Shown here one piece after another: positions 50,517 to 60,913 of a stretch of DNA of 64,000 nucleotides. The DNA lies in IMG/VR virus record IMGVR_UViG_3300042291_000666, positions 1 through 64,000 of that record; one strand, written 5' to 3'. The DNA comes from a virus. The notes beneath the pieces were generated by a model. It searched no databases. It saw only the letters and a list, made by a program, of their open reading frames with translations, and was not told the origin of the DNA. Every line of letters starts with the position of its first letter. The first letter of the stretch is position 1. The position numbers were made by a program, and so were the translations under genes.

Positions 50517-51035
50517 ATGTTAGTAAGACTATTTGACATTCAGAACAGCAAAGTAATACCATCAGAACATTGCTATGCTTTACCTTTTTTAAGTTCTATT
50601 ATGGAGAATTATCCTGATAGTTATTTAAAAATCTATCAGTATATATTTTATATGAGTTGTCCTAATCCTGATATGAACCCATTCTTCAATTTACCAGAAC
50701 ATGATAAAGAAGATATCATTATTGAAGAAGTTCAGTTAGAAGATTCTCCTGAAGATCCTAAAATAAGATATGCTTTAGATATGTGTTATAAGTTATATGA
50801 AACACCTACCTTTAGAGCATACAAAGGAATCAAATCAATGCTTGATAGATTAGCTAAGTACATGGAAGTAACTGCTATTGAACATGGTAGAGATGGAAAC
50901 ATAAACTCTATGGTAAATGCAGCATCTAAATTTGAACAAATTAGACAATCATACAAAGGAGCCTTTGTTGATATGAAACAAGAACAAGAAAGTTCTGTAC
51001 GTGGTGGTGCAGGATTAGCATATGACCAAATATAA
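50517..51035 (+). CDS. conserved crAss-like protein upstream of terminase (possible small terminase)
   Basis: Position; ends VRGGAGLAYDQ. Confidence 0.55.
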   Translation: MLVRLFDIQNSKVIPSEHCYALPFLSSIMENYPDSYLKIYQYIFYMSCPNPDMNPFFNLPEHDKEDIIIEEVQLEDSPEDPKIRYALDMCYKLYETPTFRAYKGIKSMLDRLAKYMEVTAIEHGRDGNINSMVNAASKFEQIRQSYKGAFVDMKQEQESSVRGGAGLAYDQI

Positions 51036-51056
51036 TAAACCATTAAAATTAAAAAG

Positions 51057-51335
51057 ATGATACAACAAGTAATACCAGTAGGAAAAAAGTTATTGATTAA
51101 ACAAAAGAAAGCTGAAGCATTTTTTAAAAACACAAATATTATTATACCTGAAGCTGCCCAAAAAGTGGAAAACAAAGGTACTGTAGTAGCTGTAGGTGAA
51201 GGTGTTACAGAAATTAAAATAGGAGATGTAGTTCAATATAGTGAGCATTGCTTACCAACATCCATGATGCATGATGAAGAAGAACATTTACTGATTCATG
51301 AGGGTGATGTATTTGCAAAATTTAAGTATGTATAG
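51057..51335 (+). CDS. groES: co-chaperonin GroES
   Basis: PVGKKLLIK...IIIPE...GTVVAVGEG...IKIGDVV...LIHEGDVFA. Confidence 0.9.
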   Translation: MIQQVIPVGKKLLIKQKKAEAFFKNTNIIIPEAAQKVENKGTVVAVGEGVTEIKIGDVVQYSEHCLPTSMMHDEEEHLLIHEGDVFAKFKYV

Positions 51336-53514
51336 ATCCATACCTACATATAAAAATGGGTCTTGGACAACCACAGAATTTGAAACTAGACAGGATTTTA
51401 TAGATTATGTTTTAAGTATATTTAATGTCCCTGGTCATTATGAGTTTAATGAACTTTCTTTTAAGTTTAATGAACAAGCTCAGATATTTAATGAACAGGG
51501 ATTTTATTGTAATAAACCATTTAGATCTAAAGATTTTACTGATTACTGGGAAGATCAAAAAAACAAATGTAGAGAAGGAGTTATTTACAGTGATGGAGAC
51601 AAAAGCTGGTACTTAACTAGAGATTATTACATGTGGTTAAACTTTCTTCCAATCTTTGACAAAGAAGAGAAGAAATATGGTTTTGCTAAAGTACGTGATG
51701 CTCAGTATCATATGGCTTTATATGAGCAACTTGCAGAACTACATTACAAGCATTCTGCTATATTAAAGAAACGTCAGATAGCATCTTCATACTTTCACAT
51801 GGGTAAAATTATTAATACCTATTGGTTTGAAGAAGGTAGTATCTGTAAGATTGGTGCATCACTTAAAGATTTTATAAATGATAAAGGATCATGGAAGTTT
51901 TTAGATGAATACAAAACATTCTTAAATGAGCATACTGCTTGGTATAGACCTAGTAATCCAGAAAAGGTTTTATTATGGCAACAACAGATTGAAGTTAAAG
52001 TTGGTAATAGAAAAACAGCAAGAGGTTTAAAATCAAAAATACAAGGGGGTTCATTTGAAAAGAATGCAACTACTGGAGTAGGGGGACCATGTACTATTTT
52101 CTTTCATGAAGAAGCTGGTATTGCTCCAAAGATGTCTGAGACATATGAGTACTTACGTCCTGCAATGTCTTCAGGTATGATTACTACAGGTATGTTTATT
52201 GCTGCCGGATCAGTGGGAGATTTAGAACAATGTAATCCTTTGAAAGAAATGATTACTAATCCAGCAGCAAATGATATCTATGCTGTAGAAACTGATCTTA
52301 TTGATGCAGATGGTACAATAGGTATGGCAGGTTTGTTTATTCCAGAACAATGGTCAATGCCTCCATACATTGATGATTATGGAAACTCATTAGTAAAAGA
52401 AGCTGAAGCAGCAATACATGAGGAAAGAGAAAGATGGAAGAATGAATTAAATGGTGAACAGTTTCAATTAAGGATATCTCAGAAACCTTTAAATATTGCA
52501 GAAGCATTTGCATATAGAAAAGCATCTGTATTTCCACAAGGTATTCTTAGCAGACAACAAAAAAGAATTGAAGAAAAAGAATATCCTTATGAACTCATTG
52601 AACTAGATAGAGATGAGAAAGGTATCTTTGCTAAAAGAACAAACAAACTTCCAATAAGTAGATTCCCTGTAGACAAGAAACAAGTGGATAAGACGGGAAG
52701 TATTGTTGTTTGGGAACGTCCAGTCAAGAGTCCTGAGTTTGGGGCTTATTACGCTTCTATTGACCCCGTATCAGAAGGTAAGACAACTACTTCTGATTCC
52801 TTATGTAGTATCTTTGTTTATAAGAATGCAACAGAGGTTACAAGGACTATGATATCTGGAGATGTAGAACAGTTTTTAGAAAAAGATAAAATTGTTGCAT
52901 CATGGTGTGGTAGATTTGATGATATTAATAAGACGCATGAAAGATTAGAATTAATTATAGAATGGTATAATGCCTGGACTATAGTTGAAAATAACATATC
53001 TTTGTTTATACAACATATGATTTCTAGAAAGAAACAAAGATACTTAGTACCTAAACAACAAATATTATTTCTAAAAGATCTTGGTTCAAACAATACTGTT
53101 TATCAAGAATATGGATGGAAAAATACTGGTACATTATTTAAAAGTCATTTGATATCATATGCAATTGAATTTTTAAGAGAGGTTATAGATGAAGAAACTG
53201 ATGTTGGTGGAATTGTTACAAATCAAACATTAGGTGTTGAAAGAATACCTGATGGAATGCTTATTAAAGAAATGCTTGCATATTATCCGGGACTTAACGT
53301 GGATAGATTGGTAGCATTTGGAGCTTTAGTTGCTTTTGTAAAGATACAGCAATCTAACAGGGGTTTTTCAAAAAGACGTGAATCAGAAGAAAAATCTTTG
53401 GTAAATTCAGAAAATTTGTATAAATTAAAGTATAGTCCGTTTAAAAATATTGGACGTAGTGGAAACAATACTGGAAATACAATTAAAAGATCAGGCTTCA
53501 AAAATTATAAATAA
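51328..53514 (+). CDS. terL: terminase large subunit
   Basis: KKRQIASSY Walker A variant, HEEAG Walker B, ASIDP nuclease motif, ENN, NVDRL; start placed at MYRSIP. Confidence 0.92.
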   Translation: MYRSIPTYKNGSWTTTEFETRQDFIDYVLSIFNVPGHYEFNELSFKFNEQAQIFNEQGFYCNKPFRSKDFTDYWEDQKNKCREGVIYSDGDKSWYLTRDYYMWLNFLPIFDKEEKKYGFAKVRDAQYHMALYEQLAELHYKHSAILKKRQIASSYFHMGKIINTYWFEEGSICKIGASLKDFINDKGSWKFLDEYKTFLNEHTAWYRPSNPEKVLLWQQQIEVKVGNRKTARGLKSKIQGGSFEKNATTGVGGPCTIFFHEEAGIAPKMSETYEYLRPAMSSGMITTGMFIAAGSVGDLEQCNPLKEMITNPAANDIYAVETDLIDADGTIGMAGLFIPEQWSMPPYIDDYGNSLVKEAEAAIHEERERWKNELNGEQFQLRISQKPLNIAEAFAYRKASVFPQGILSRQQKRIEEKEYPYELIELDRDEKGIFAKRTNKLPISRFPVDKKQVDKTGSIVVWERPVKSPEFGAYYASIDPVSEGKTTTSDSLCSIFVYKNATEVTRTMISGDVEQFLEKDKIVASWCGRFDDINKTHERLELIIEWYNAWTIVENNISLFIQHMISRKKQRYLVPKQQILFLKDLGSNNTVYQEYGWKNTGTLFKSHLISYAIEFLREVIDEETDVGGIVTNQTLGVERIPDGMLIKEMLAYYPGLNVDRLVAFGALVAFVKIQQSNRGFSKRRESEEKSLVNSENLYKLKYSPFKNIGRSGNNTGNTIKRSGFKNYK

Positions 53515-53535
53515 ATTAACTAAATTAAATTTAGA

Positions 53536-56283
53536 ATGAAAGTACTTAATGCAATGCAGTTGAAGGCCGGTGCAAAAAAAACAGAAGGGCCTACCTTTTC
53601 TAGTCTAACGCAACCTATTCAGTTTTTACCTTATTCTGAAAAAACAGATGATTGGGCAGCTTGGAATTTAGATTGGTTAGAACTCCAAGGTATTCAATTT
53701 TTAAAACTTAATGCCAGAAGACTTTTAAAAAATTATAAATTAGCTAAAGGAATCATAGATAAAACAGACTATATAGTTGAACCTGATAATGACTATAAAG
53801 ATTTAATGGATGTTTTAACTAAAGAAAATGATTCAGCTTTAGAACTTAAATTTTATCCTATCATTCCAAATGTAATTAATGTATTGAGTGGAGAGTTTTC
53901 CAAAAGATACAATAAAGTACAGTTCAGAGCAGTTGATGATAGATCTTACAATGAAATGCTTGAGCAAAAGAGAATGCAAGTTGAAGAAGCTTTACTTGCA
54001 GATGCTGAAAGAAAGTTAGTAGAAAAGATGATTCAAATGGGAATGGACCCAGCATCTGATGAAGCTAAACAACAACTTGCTCCAGAAAATATTAAGACAT
54101 TACCTGAAATTGAAGACTATTTCAGTAAATCATATAGAAGTTCTGTTGAAGAGTGGGCAACTCATCAATTAAATGTTGATGAAGAAAGATTCAAAATGCA
54201 AGAACTTGAAGAAAGAGGTTTTAGAGATATGCTTATTGCTGATAGAGAGTTCTGGCATTTCCGTATGTTAGAAGATGATTATGACATTGAATTATGGAAT
54301 CCTGTTTTAACATTCTACCAGAAGTCTCCAGATCAAAGATATATTTCTGATTCAGCATATGTTGGTAAAGTAGATTTGATGACAGTATCTGATGTTGTAG
54401 ATAAATACGGATATTTGATGAGCCAAGAACAATTGGAATCATTACAAAGAATTTATCCGGCAAGATCTGCTCAATATCAAGTTAATGGATATCAAAATGA
54501 TGGTTCTTATTATGATGCAACAAGATCACACGCTTGGAATACTAATGCCCCAGGTTTAGCATATAGACAATATACAAGTAACTACATGGCAGATCCTGCT
54601 AGAGGTGGTGATATATTAAATCAAATTTTAGGAGAGAGTGAAGACTTAGCTTACTTTGGTGATGGTAATTTAATGAGAGTATCTACAATTTATTGGAAGA
54701 CTCAAAGAAAAATTGGACATCTTACTAAAATAGAATTTGATGGTGAAGTAACTCAAGAAATAGTTGATGAAACATTTAAAGTAACAGAAAAACCTGTTTA
54801 TGATACATCAATCTTTAAAAATAAAACAAAAGATACTCTACTACAAGGAGAACATCTTGATTGGATTTGGATTAATGAGATTTGGGGTGGTGTAAAAGTT
54901 GGACCAAATGTACCTGCTATGTGGAAGAGTTCTACAAGTAGTGAAATAAATCCAATATACTTGGGTATTAATAGAACTAAACCAGGTAGATTACCATTCC
55001 AATTTAAAGGAAACAATTCTTTATATGGTTGTAAGTTACCTGTAGAAGGTAGAGTGTTCTCTGATAGAAATACAAGATCTACTTCTTTAGTAGATTTAAT
55101 GAAAGCATATCAGGTTGGATATAACATGGTTAATAACCAGATTGCTGATATCTTAATTGATGAATTAGGTACAGTAATTATGTTTGACCAGAATGCATTA
55201 CCACGTCACTCTATGGGAGAAGATTGGGGTAAAAACAATTATGCTAAAGCATACGTAGCAATGAAGGATTTCCAAATGCTTCCTCTTGATACTTCAATTA
55301 CTAATACAGAAAATGCTGTAAACTTCCAACACTACCAGACTCTAAACATGGAGCAAACTAGCAGGTTAATGAGTAGAATACAATTAGCAAATTACTTTAA
55401 ACAACAATGTTTTGATGCAATTGGAATTAATCCTCAGAGATTAGGTGGTCCGGTAGCAGCAGAAACAGCTACAGGAGTAATGAACGCAATGCAACAATCA
55501 TATGCTCAAACAGAAATTTATTTTGTACAGCACTCTGATCAGTTAATGCCAAGAGTACACCAAATGAGAACAGACTTAGCTCAGTTCTATTATAGTACTA
55601 ATCCAAGTGTAAGATTGAGTTATATATCTACTGAAGCAGAAAAGGTAAACTTTACAATCAATGGTACAGATCTTTTACTAAGAGACTTCAACGTATTTGC
55701 TACAACTAAGACAAATCATAGAGCTATTCTTGAACAGTTAAAGCAAATGGCATTAACTAATAATACAACAGGTGCTAGTATATATGAACTTGGAAACATT
55801 GTTAAAGCAGATTCTATTGGTGAAGTAACAGATATCTTAAAAGATTCTGAAGCAAGAGTAAATGCTCAAAGACAAGAGGAAATGCAACAACAACGTCAAA
55901 TGCAAGAACAACAGTTACAAGCACAGGCGCAAGAGGCTCAAATGAAAGTTCAGATGGAGCAAGAAGAAGCAGAGAAAAACAGACAGAAAGATATTACAGT
56001 GGCTGAAATTAGAGCTGCTGGATATGGAGCTGGTGTAGATGTAAATGAAAATAAAATAAATGATTACCAGGATGCACTAAAAGATATTCAACAAACAACT
56101 CAATATAGAGAGCAAATGAATATGAAACGTGAAGAGATGGTAAGTAAGTCATCTACAGAATCTCAGAAACTTCAAGTTGAAAGAGAAAGAATTGCAGCAC
56201 AAACACAGATAGCAAAGACGCAGTTAGATATAGCAATACAGAATAAAAACAAGTATGATAGCAAAAAACCAAAAGATAAATAA
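53536..56283 (+). CDS. portal protein (crAss-type)
   Basis: 915 aa immediately after terL; YPIIPNVINVLSGEF, SLVDLMKAYQ..YN, IGINPQRLG; Gln-rich C-terminal coil. Confidence 0.9.
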   Translation: MKVLNAMQLKAGAKKTEGPTFSSLTQPIQFLPYSEKTDDWAAWNLDWLELQGIQFLKLNARRLLKNYKLAKGIIDKTDYIVEPDNDYKDLMDVLTKENDSALELKFYPIIPNVINVLSGEFSKRYNKVQFRAVDDRSYNEMLEQKRMQVEEALLADAERKLVEKMIQMGMDPASDEAKQQLAPENIKTLPEIEDYFSKSYRSSVEEWATHQLNVDEERFKMQELEERGFRDMLIADREFWHFRMLEDDYDIELWNPVLTFYQKSPDQRYISDSAYVGKVDLMTVSDVVDKYGYLMSQEQLESLQRIYPARSAQYQVNGYQNDGSYYDATRSHAWNTNAPGLAYRQYTSNYMADPARGGDILNQILGESEDLAYFGDGNLMRVSTIYWKTQRKIGHLTKIEFDGEVTQEIVDETFKVTEKPVYDTSIFKNKTKDTLLQGEHLDWIWINEIWGGVKVGPNVPAMWKSSTSSEINPIYLGINRTKPGRLPFQFKGNNSLYGCKLPVEGRVFSDRNTRSTSLVDLMKAYQVGYNMVNNQIADILIDELGTVIMFDQNALPRHSMGEDWGKNNYAKAYVAMKDFQMLPLDTSITNTENAVNFQHYQTLNMEQTSRLMSRIQLANYFKQQCFDAIGINPQRLGGPVAAETATGVMNAMQQSYAQTEIYFVQHSDQLMPRVHQMRTDLAQFYYSTNPSVRLSYISTEAEKVNFTINGTDLLLRDFNVFATTKTNHRAILEQLKQMALTNNTTGASIYELGNIVKADSIGEVTDILKDSEARVNAQRQEEMQQQRQMQEQQLQAQAQEAQMKVQMEQEEAEKNRQKDITVAEIRAAGYGAGVDVNENKINDYQDALKDIQQTTQYREQMNMKREEMVSKSSTESQKLQVERERIAAQTQIAKTQLDIAIQNKNKYDSKKPKDK

Positions 56284-56412
56284 TTAGCGTTAGCTATATA
56301 CTGCAAAAAACTTTGCAATATTATCAAATATAATAAGTTTAGGATAGTGTAAACTAAATAAAGAATTGTTATATTATATATATAAAGTATTAATTATTAA
56401 ACCAACAATAAG

Positions 56413-57714
56413 ATGAGTACCAAAAACAACACAATGAGTAGTAACGTAGAGACTTTAGATATTGACTTAGATACAATATTCAATGCAGCACCAAGCGGTG
56501 ATGACATGACTTTGCCATCTGGAAAGGATACTAAATCTACAAACAACATTTTTTCAGGAATAAATAAGAAAGCAGATTTTTCATTTGCTGATCCAGATGC
56601 AGATGATGCAGATGATTTAACTGATAAAGGTAAAACTCCAACATCAAGTGCAGATCTTCTTGCAGATGATGATAATGAGATTACACCTAAAGCAACTAAA
56701 GAAGATGGTAAAAGCATCCTTGATAGTTTAGGTGATGATGAAGATGAAGAAGAAAGAAAAGAAACTAGAGGTAGAAAACCTATTTCTGGAATTTCTGATG
56801 TCTTCTCTAAAATGATTAAAGAAGATAAATTAGTACCTTTTGATGATGAAAAGTCTTTTGATGAATATACAGCAAAAGATTGGGAAGAATTAATTGAAGC
56901 TAATTTGGAAGAAAAAGCTAATCAAGTAAGACGTGAAACACCTAAACAGTTTTTTGCTAGCTTACCTGAAGAGTTACAAATTGCAGCAAGATATGTGGCA
57001 GATGGTGGTACTGACTTAAAAGGTTTGTTTTCCACTTTAGGTCAAGTAGAAGAAACTAAGGATTTAGATATTAAATCTGAAAGAGATCAGGAGATTATTA
57101 TTAAAGAATATTTAAATGCTACTGGTTACGGTACTTCTGATGAGATTGCTGAGGAAATTGAAATTTGGAAAGATTTAGGAAAGCTTGAACAACAAGCTGC
57201 TAAGTTCAAACCAAAGTTGGATAAGATGGCAGAACAAATTGTTATCAAAAAAGTGCAAGAGCAACAACTAAAACAAAAACAACAAGAGCAAGCTTCTAAA
57301 GCTTATATGCAAAATGTATATGATACTTTAAAAGATGGTAACTTGGGAGATATTAAAGTTGATAGAAAAACTCAAGCAATGTTGTATAATGGTTTAGTTC
57401 AACCTAGTTATCCTTCAGTAAGTGGAAGAAATACTAATTTATTAGGACACCTATTAGAAAAGTATCAGTTTGTAGAACCAAATTATAAATTAATATCAGA
57501 AGCATTATGGTTATTGCAAGATCCGGAAGGATATAAAGCAAAGATCATGGATAAGGGAGCTCAACAAAGTATTGAGCAAACAGTAAGAAAACTAAAAACA
57601 GAACAGGGTAACCATAGTTCAAGTTCTCTTGGGATTCAAGATAAAGATGAAGAAACAAGAAGACAACCAACTAAAAAATTACCTAGAACCAACAACATTT
57701 TCAAACGGATTTAA
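56413..57714 (+). CDS. putative scaffolding/capsid assembly protein
   Basis: Acidic and helical; lies between portal and major capsid genes as in crAss-like phages. Confidence 0.7.
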   Translation: MSTKNNTMSSNVETLDIDLDTIFNAAPSGDDMTLPSGKDTKSTNNIFSGINKKADFSFADPDADDADDLTDKGKTPTSSADLLADDDNEITPKATKEDGKSILDSLGDDEDEEERKETRGRKPISGISDVFSKMIKEDKLVPFDDEKSFDEYTAKDWEELIEANLEEKANQVRRETPKQFFASLPEELQIAARYVADGGTDLKGLFSTLGQVEETKDLDIKSERDQEIIIKEYLNATGYGTSDEIAEEIEIWKDLGKLEQQAAKFKPKLDKMAEQIVIKKVQEQQLKQKQQEQASKAYMQNVYDTLKDGNLGDIKVDRKTQAMLYNGLVQPSYPSVSGRNTNLLGHLLEKYQFVEPNYKLISEALWLLQDPEGYKAKIMDKGAQQSIEQTVRKLKTEQGNHSSSSLGIQDKDEETRRQPTKKLPRTNNIFKRI

Positions 57715-57759
57715 CAATCAAATATATAAACAATTAATAACTAAAAACAAGTAAAAATT

Positions 57760-59376
57760 ATGGCAACTCCAGTATTAAATAATGGGATTTTCCTAAGAGA
57801 CACTAGCTACAAAGCAAGTTCTCATGTTGATTCTTATCACTTGACTCAGATGCTAGGTTCAGCAGAACCTATGGATATGGGACCAATTGATTTATGGGCA
57901 ATGACTCAAAAAGTTGAAATGCCTCTTTATCAAATGGCATCATTTGGTGGAAAGAATACTATCATGGTAGACAATGCTCGTGGTGAGTACAAATGGCAAA
58001 CTCCTATTGCACAAGATCTTCCATACATTGTGGCAGACATTGAACCAGCTAATGCCGCTAAAGGTGTAGATGGAACAACATTCAAAATTAAAATTTCTAA
58101 AAGAACATTTGGACATGGTGATATCATCACTTATGACAAATACAATGGATTAGAACTTTACATCACAGCTGATGATATCATCCCTGCTGGTGACGGTTTT
58201 ATCTATACTGTTCAATTAGTAAACAACAACAACGTAGCTAGCTTAGACAATAAGTATTTAGCTAAAGGTACTAAGTTCTTCAGAAAAGGTTCTGCAAGAG
58301 GTGAGTACGGAGAAAGATTCTCTGACATTGAAACAGGTTCTGGTTTCCGTGAGTTCTACAACTTTGTAGGAGGAGCTGAAGCACACGTACACTATTCTAT
58401 TTCTAGCCGTGCTGATCTTATGATTAAAGGTGGTTTGAATGCAGATGGTACTGTACCTGTAACTGAAATCTGGAGAAACTTTGGTGCAAACAATGATCCT
58501 GCTGTACCTAGTATTGAAGGATTAATTGCTAACATGGGTAAAGCTGGTGCAAGAGAAGCATTTGAAAATGGTTCATTGACTAGAACATTTATCACTAACA
58601 TGGAAGCTGCGCATTTATCAAAAATTGCTTCTGACATTGAAACTTACTTAATGTGGGGTAAAGGTGGTAGAATCAAACAAGATGGTCCAGATGATATTAG
58701 ATTATCTGTGGGATTATGGGCACAGTTGGATAACTCATTCAAAAGAGTTTACAACAAGTCTTCTTTCACACTTGATATGTTTAAATCTGAATTGTATAAC
58801 TTCTACCAAGGTAAAGTTGAGTTCAAAGGTCCAGATCCACAAAGATCACTTGTTGTTCAAACAGGTATTGGTGGTATGCAATTGATCAACAAAGCTATTG
58901 CTGATGAAGTATATGGTTCTGGTTTAGTACAAAATGCTAGTGATATTGGAGCTGTTAAAGGTTCTGGAATGGATCTAGATTATGGATTTGCTTACACTTC
59001 ATTTACTATTCCTTTCTTAGCTAACGTTAAGTTTGTATTGAACCCTGCGTTTGATAACTTGAATACTAATGATATTGAGAATCCATTAATTGATGGCCGT
59101 CCATTAAGTTCTTATAGCTTCATTATCTTTGACGTAACAGATGAAGGAAATGATAACATCCATTTATTGAAATTATCTTGGGATAATCAATTGAAATGGT
59201 TCTACCAAAATGGAACTATGGATTATATGGGAAGAACTCAAGGTTTTGCATCTACTGGTAACTTCAACGGATACCGTGTAATGATGTCACAAACTATGCC
59301 TGCTATTTGGGTTAAGGATCCAACTAAAGTTTTAAAAATTGTTATGAGAAACCCTATTACTGGTGGTTCATTCTAA
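57760..59376 (+). CDS. major capsid protein (crAss-type HK97 fold)
   Basis: 538 aa, highly biased codons, synteny; LMWGKGG, GLWAQL, TGIGG, IWVKDPT. Confidence 0.9.
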   Translation: MATPVLNNGIFLRDTSYKASSHVDSYHLTQMLGSAEPMDMGPIDLWAMTQKVEMPLYQMASFGGKNTIMVDNARGEYKWQTPIAQDLPYIVADIEPANAAKGVDGTTFKIKISKRTFGHGDIITYDKYNGLELYITADDIIPAGDGFIYTVQLVNNNNVASLDNKYLAKGTKFFRKGSARGEYGERFSDIETGSGFREFYNFVGGAEAHVHYSISSRADLMIKGGLNADGTVPVTEIWRNFGANNDPAVPSIEGLIANMGKAGAREAFENGSLTRTFITNMEAAHLSKIASDIETYLMWGKGGRIKQDGPDDIRLSVGLWAQLDNSFKRVYNKSSFTLDMFKSELYNFYQGKVEFKGPDPQRSLVVQTGIGGMQLINKAIADEVYGSGLVQNASDIGAVKGSGMDLDYGFAYTSFTIPFLANVKFVLNPAFDNLNTNDIENPLIDGRPLSSYSFIIFDVTDEGNDNIHLLKLSWDNQLKWFYQNGTMDYMGRTQGFASTGNFNGYRVMMSQTMPAIWVKDPTKVLKIVMRNPITGGSF

Positions 59377-59384
59377 CAAAAGAA

Positions 59385-59537
59385 ATTGTTAAGCTCCGCA
59401 CCTCAGCTCTGGCCCTTCGGGGTCATCTGGGGGGCGTCTTAGCAATACTGTGATAGGTTGGCCCATATCTCTATTCTGTGTGCATTGACAAGGGATGTCT
59501 AGCATGCTGGGGCCAGCTGATTCACTTTATTTTTTTT
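59385..59537 (+). ncRNA. candidate structured RNA or attenuator downstream of the capsid gene
   Basis: GC-rich island with two long hairpins, one capped by cUUCGg, followed by a T-tract. Confidence 0.55.
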
Positions 59538-59560
59538 AACAAACTTAATTATAAAATATT

Positions 59561-59761
59561 ATGGCACTAGATATAAAAAAAGCAAACAAAACATATGAGT
59601 TTTCAAACTCAAATGTTTCTCAAATTATTGCTTCAAAAGCTGTAGGTAAAGATATATTAGATAGAAATTATGCTGATAATGTTGCAGCAAAAGCAGCAGG
59701 ATTAGGTAATGGAGATTTATATCATACGGCAGGAGTATTAAAAATTGTTTACGCGGCTTAA
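59561..59761 (+). CDS. small putative capsid decoration/fibre protein
   Basis: YADNVAAKAAGLGNGDLYHTAGVLKIV motif of phage structural proteins. Confidence 0.65.
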   Translation: MALDIKKANKTYEFSNSNVSQIIASKAVGKDILDRNYADNVAAKAAGLGNGDLYHTAGVLKIVYAA

Positions 59762-59886
59762 GTCAAATAAACTGGAGTAAGAATAAAAACCTTACTTTAG
59801 AAATATTAATAATAATAAATTGTACATAATTATGTACTTTTGACAATGAGAAAACAATTATTAAATTTTAACACAAAAACCAAATT

Positions 59887-60903
59887 ATGAATGATTACAC
59901 AATTGTAGAAAAGTATCAGCAAACAAAGAATCAAACTATTGCTATACGCCCTTATTTTAACTCTTCAAAAGAGAACATGGGTTTAGAGCATTACGGATTA
60001 GCTTTGCATGATGGAGTATTTCATGAAGAAACATTAGCTTGTTTAGAAATGAATGGGGTTAAACGTTATGTTACAGGATTAAATGAATTTGCTCCTGATG
60101 TAAAAATGTTAGCTCCAAAAGAAAAAGAAGCAAAGATCAAAGAAATTAGAAAAGTTGTTTCTCAATTAGAAGCTGAATTAGCTGCTAATGTTGTTGCTGT
60201 TGATGATAAAGATTTTTGGAACAAGCTTACAGTAATGAAGCCTGATAATTCAAAATTTTGGGATAAGATTAGTTTAAGATGTGGTAATGATCCTGTGTTT
60301 TTAGATCCAGATAAAGATCCTTATGACTTAATTAAATTACATGCTATTCATGCAGGAGGTTTTTCTATTGTAGCAAAATCATTAAGAGAAGCAAGAGAAT
60401 CAGGTAATCCACCTAAATTCTATCTTGATACAATGGAAGAAACATTAAGTACTAGAACAGAACTTAGTAAATTAAAAAATAAAGCATTGGTTGAACTACA
60501 AAAAATGTATGATTCAAATGCTTCAAAATTAATGTATGTTGCTAAAATCTGTGATGCTGATAGTGTACAGTATGTTAAAAATACACCTAATGATATTCTT
60601 TATGAAAACATGGATGAATATATTCATGGTAATGGTGCTGAGTCTTCTAAGAAAAGAGCAGCTTCACAATTTATAGAAGTGTCAGGGTTATCAATGGAAG
60701 AATTAAAAATTAGAGCTTTAATTAAAGACTCTTTATATTATAGATTTATTACTACTAAAGCTGGAGGTTGGATTGAACCAATTGACAGTGGAATTAGATT
60801 GGGTAAGTCACCATCTGAATGTCTGGAATTTTTAAAGAATCCAGAGAATGAAGAAACATTGATGTCATTACTTAATAAAGTAGAGCCATACTGGAACTCC
60901 TAA
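59887..60903 (+). CDS. conserved crAss-like protein of the capsid module
   Basis: 338-aa ORF in typical post-capsid position. Confidence 0.7.
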   Translation: MNDYTIVEKYQQTKNQTIAIRPYFNSSKENMGLEHYGLALHDGVFHEETLACLEMNGVKRYVTGLNEFAPDVKMLAPKEKEAKIKEIRKVVSQLEAELAANVVAVDDKDFWNKLTVMKPDNSKFWDKISLRCGNDPVFLDPDKDPYDLIKLHAIHAGGFSIVAKSLREARESGNPPKFYLDTMEETLSTRTELSKLKNKALVELQKMYDSNASKLMYVAKICDADSVQYVKNTPNDILYENMDEYIHGNGAESSKKRAASQFIEVSGLSMEELKIRALIKDSLYYRFITTKAGGWIEPIDSGIRLGKSPSECLEFLKNPENEETLMSLLNKVEPYWNS

Positions 60904-60913
60904 AATTTAAAAA

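Noticed and set aside
17467-59376. Introns or inteins in PolB, terminase, portal or capsid genes
   Set aside because: Reading frames are continuous with ordinary lengths and no intein or homing-endonuclease motifs seen.
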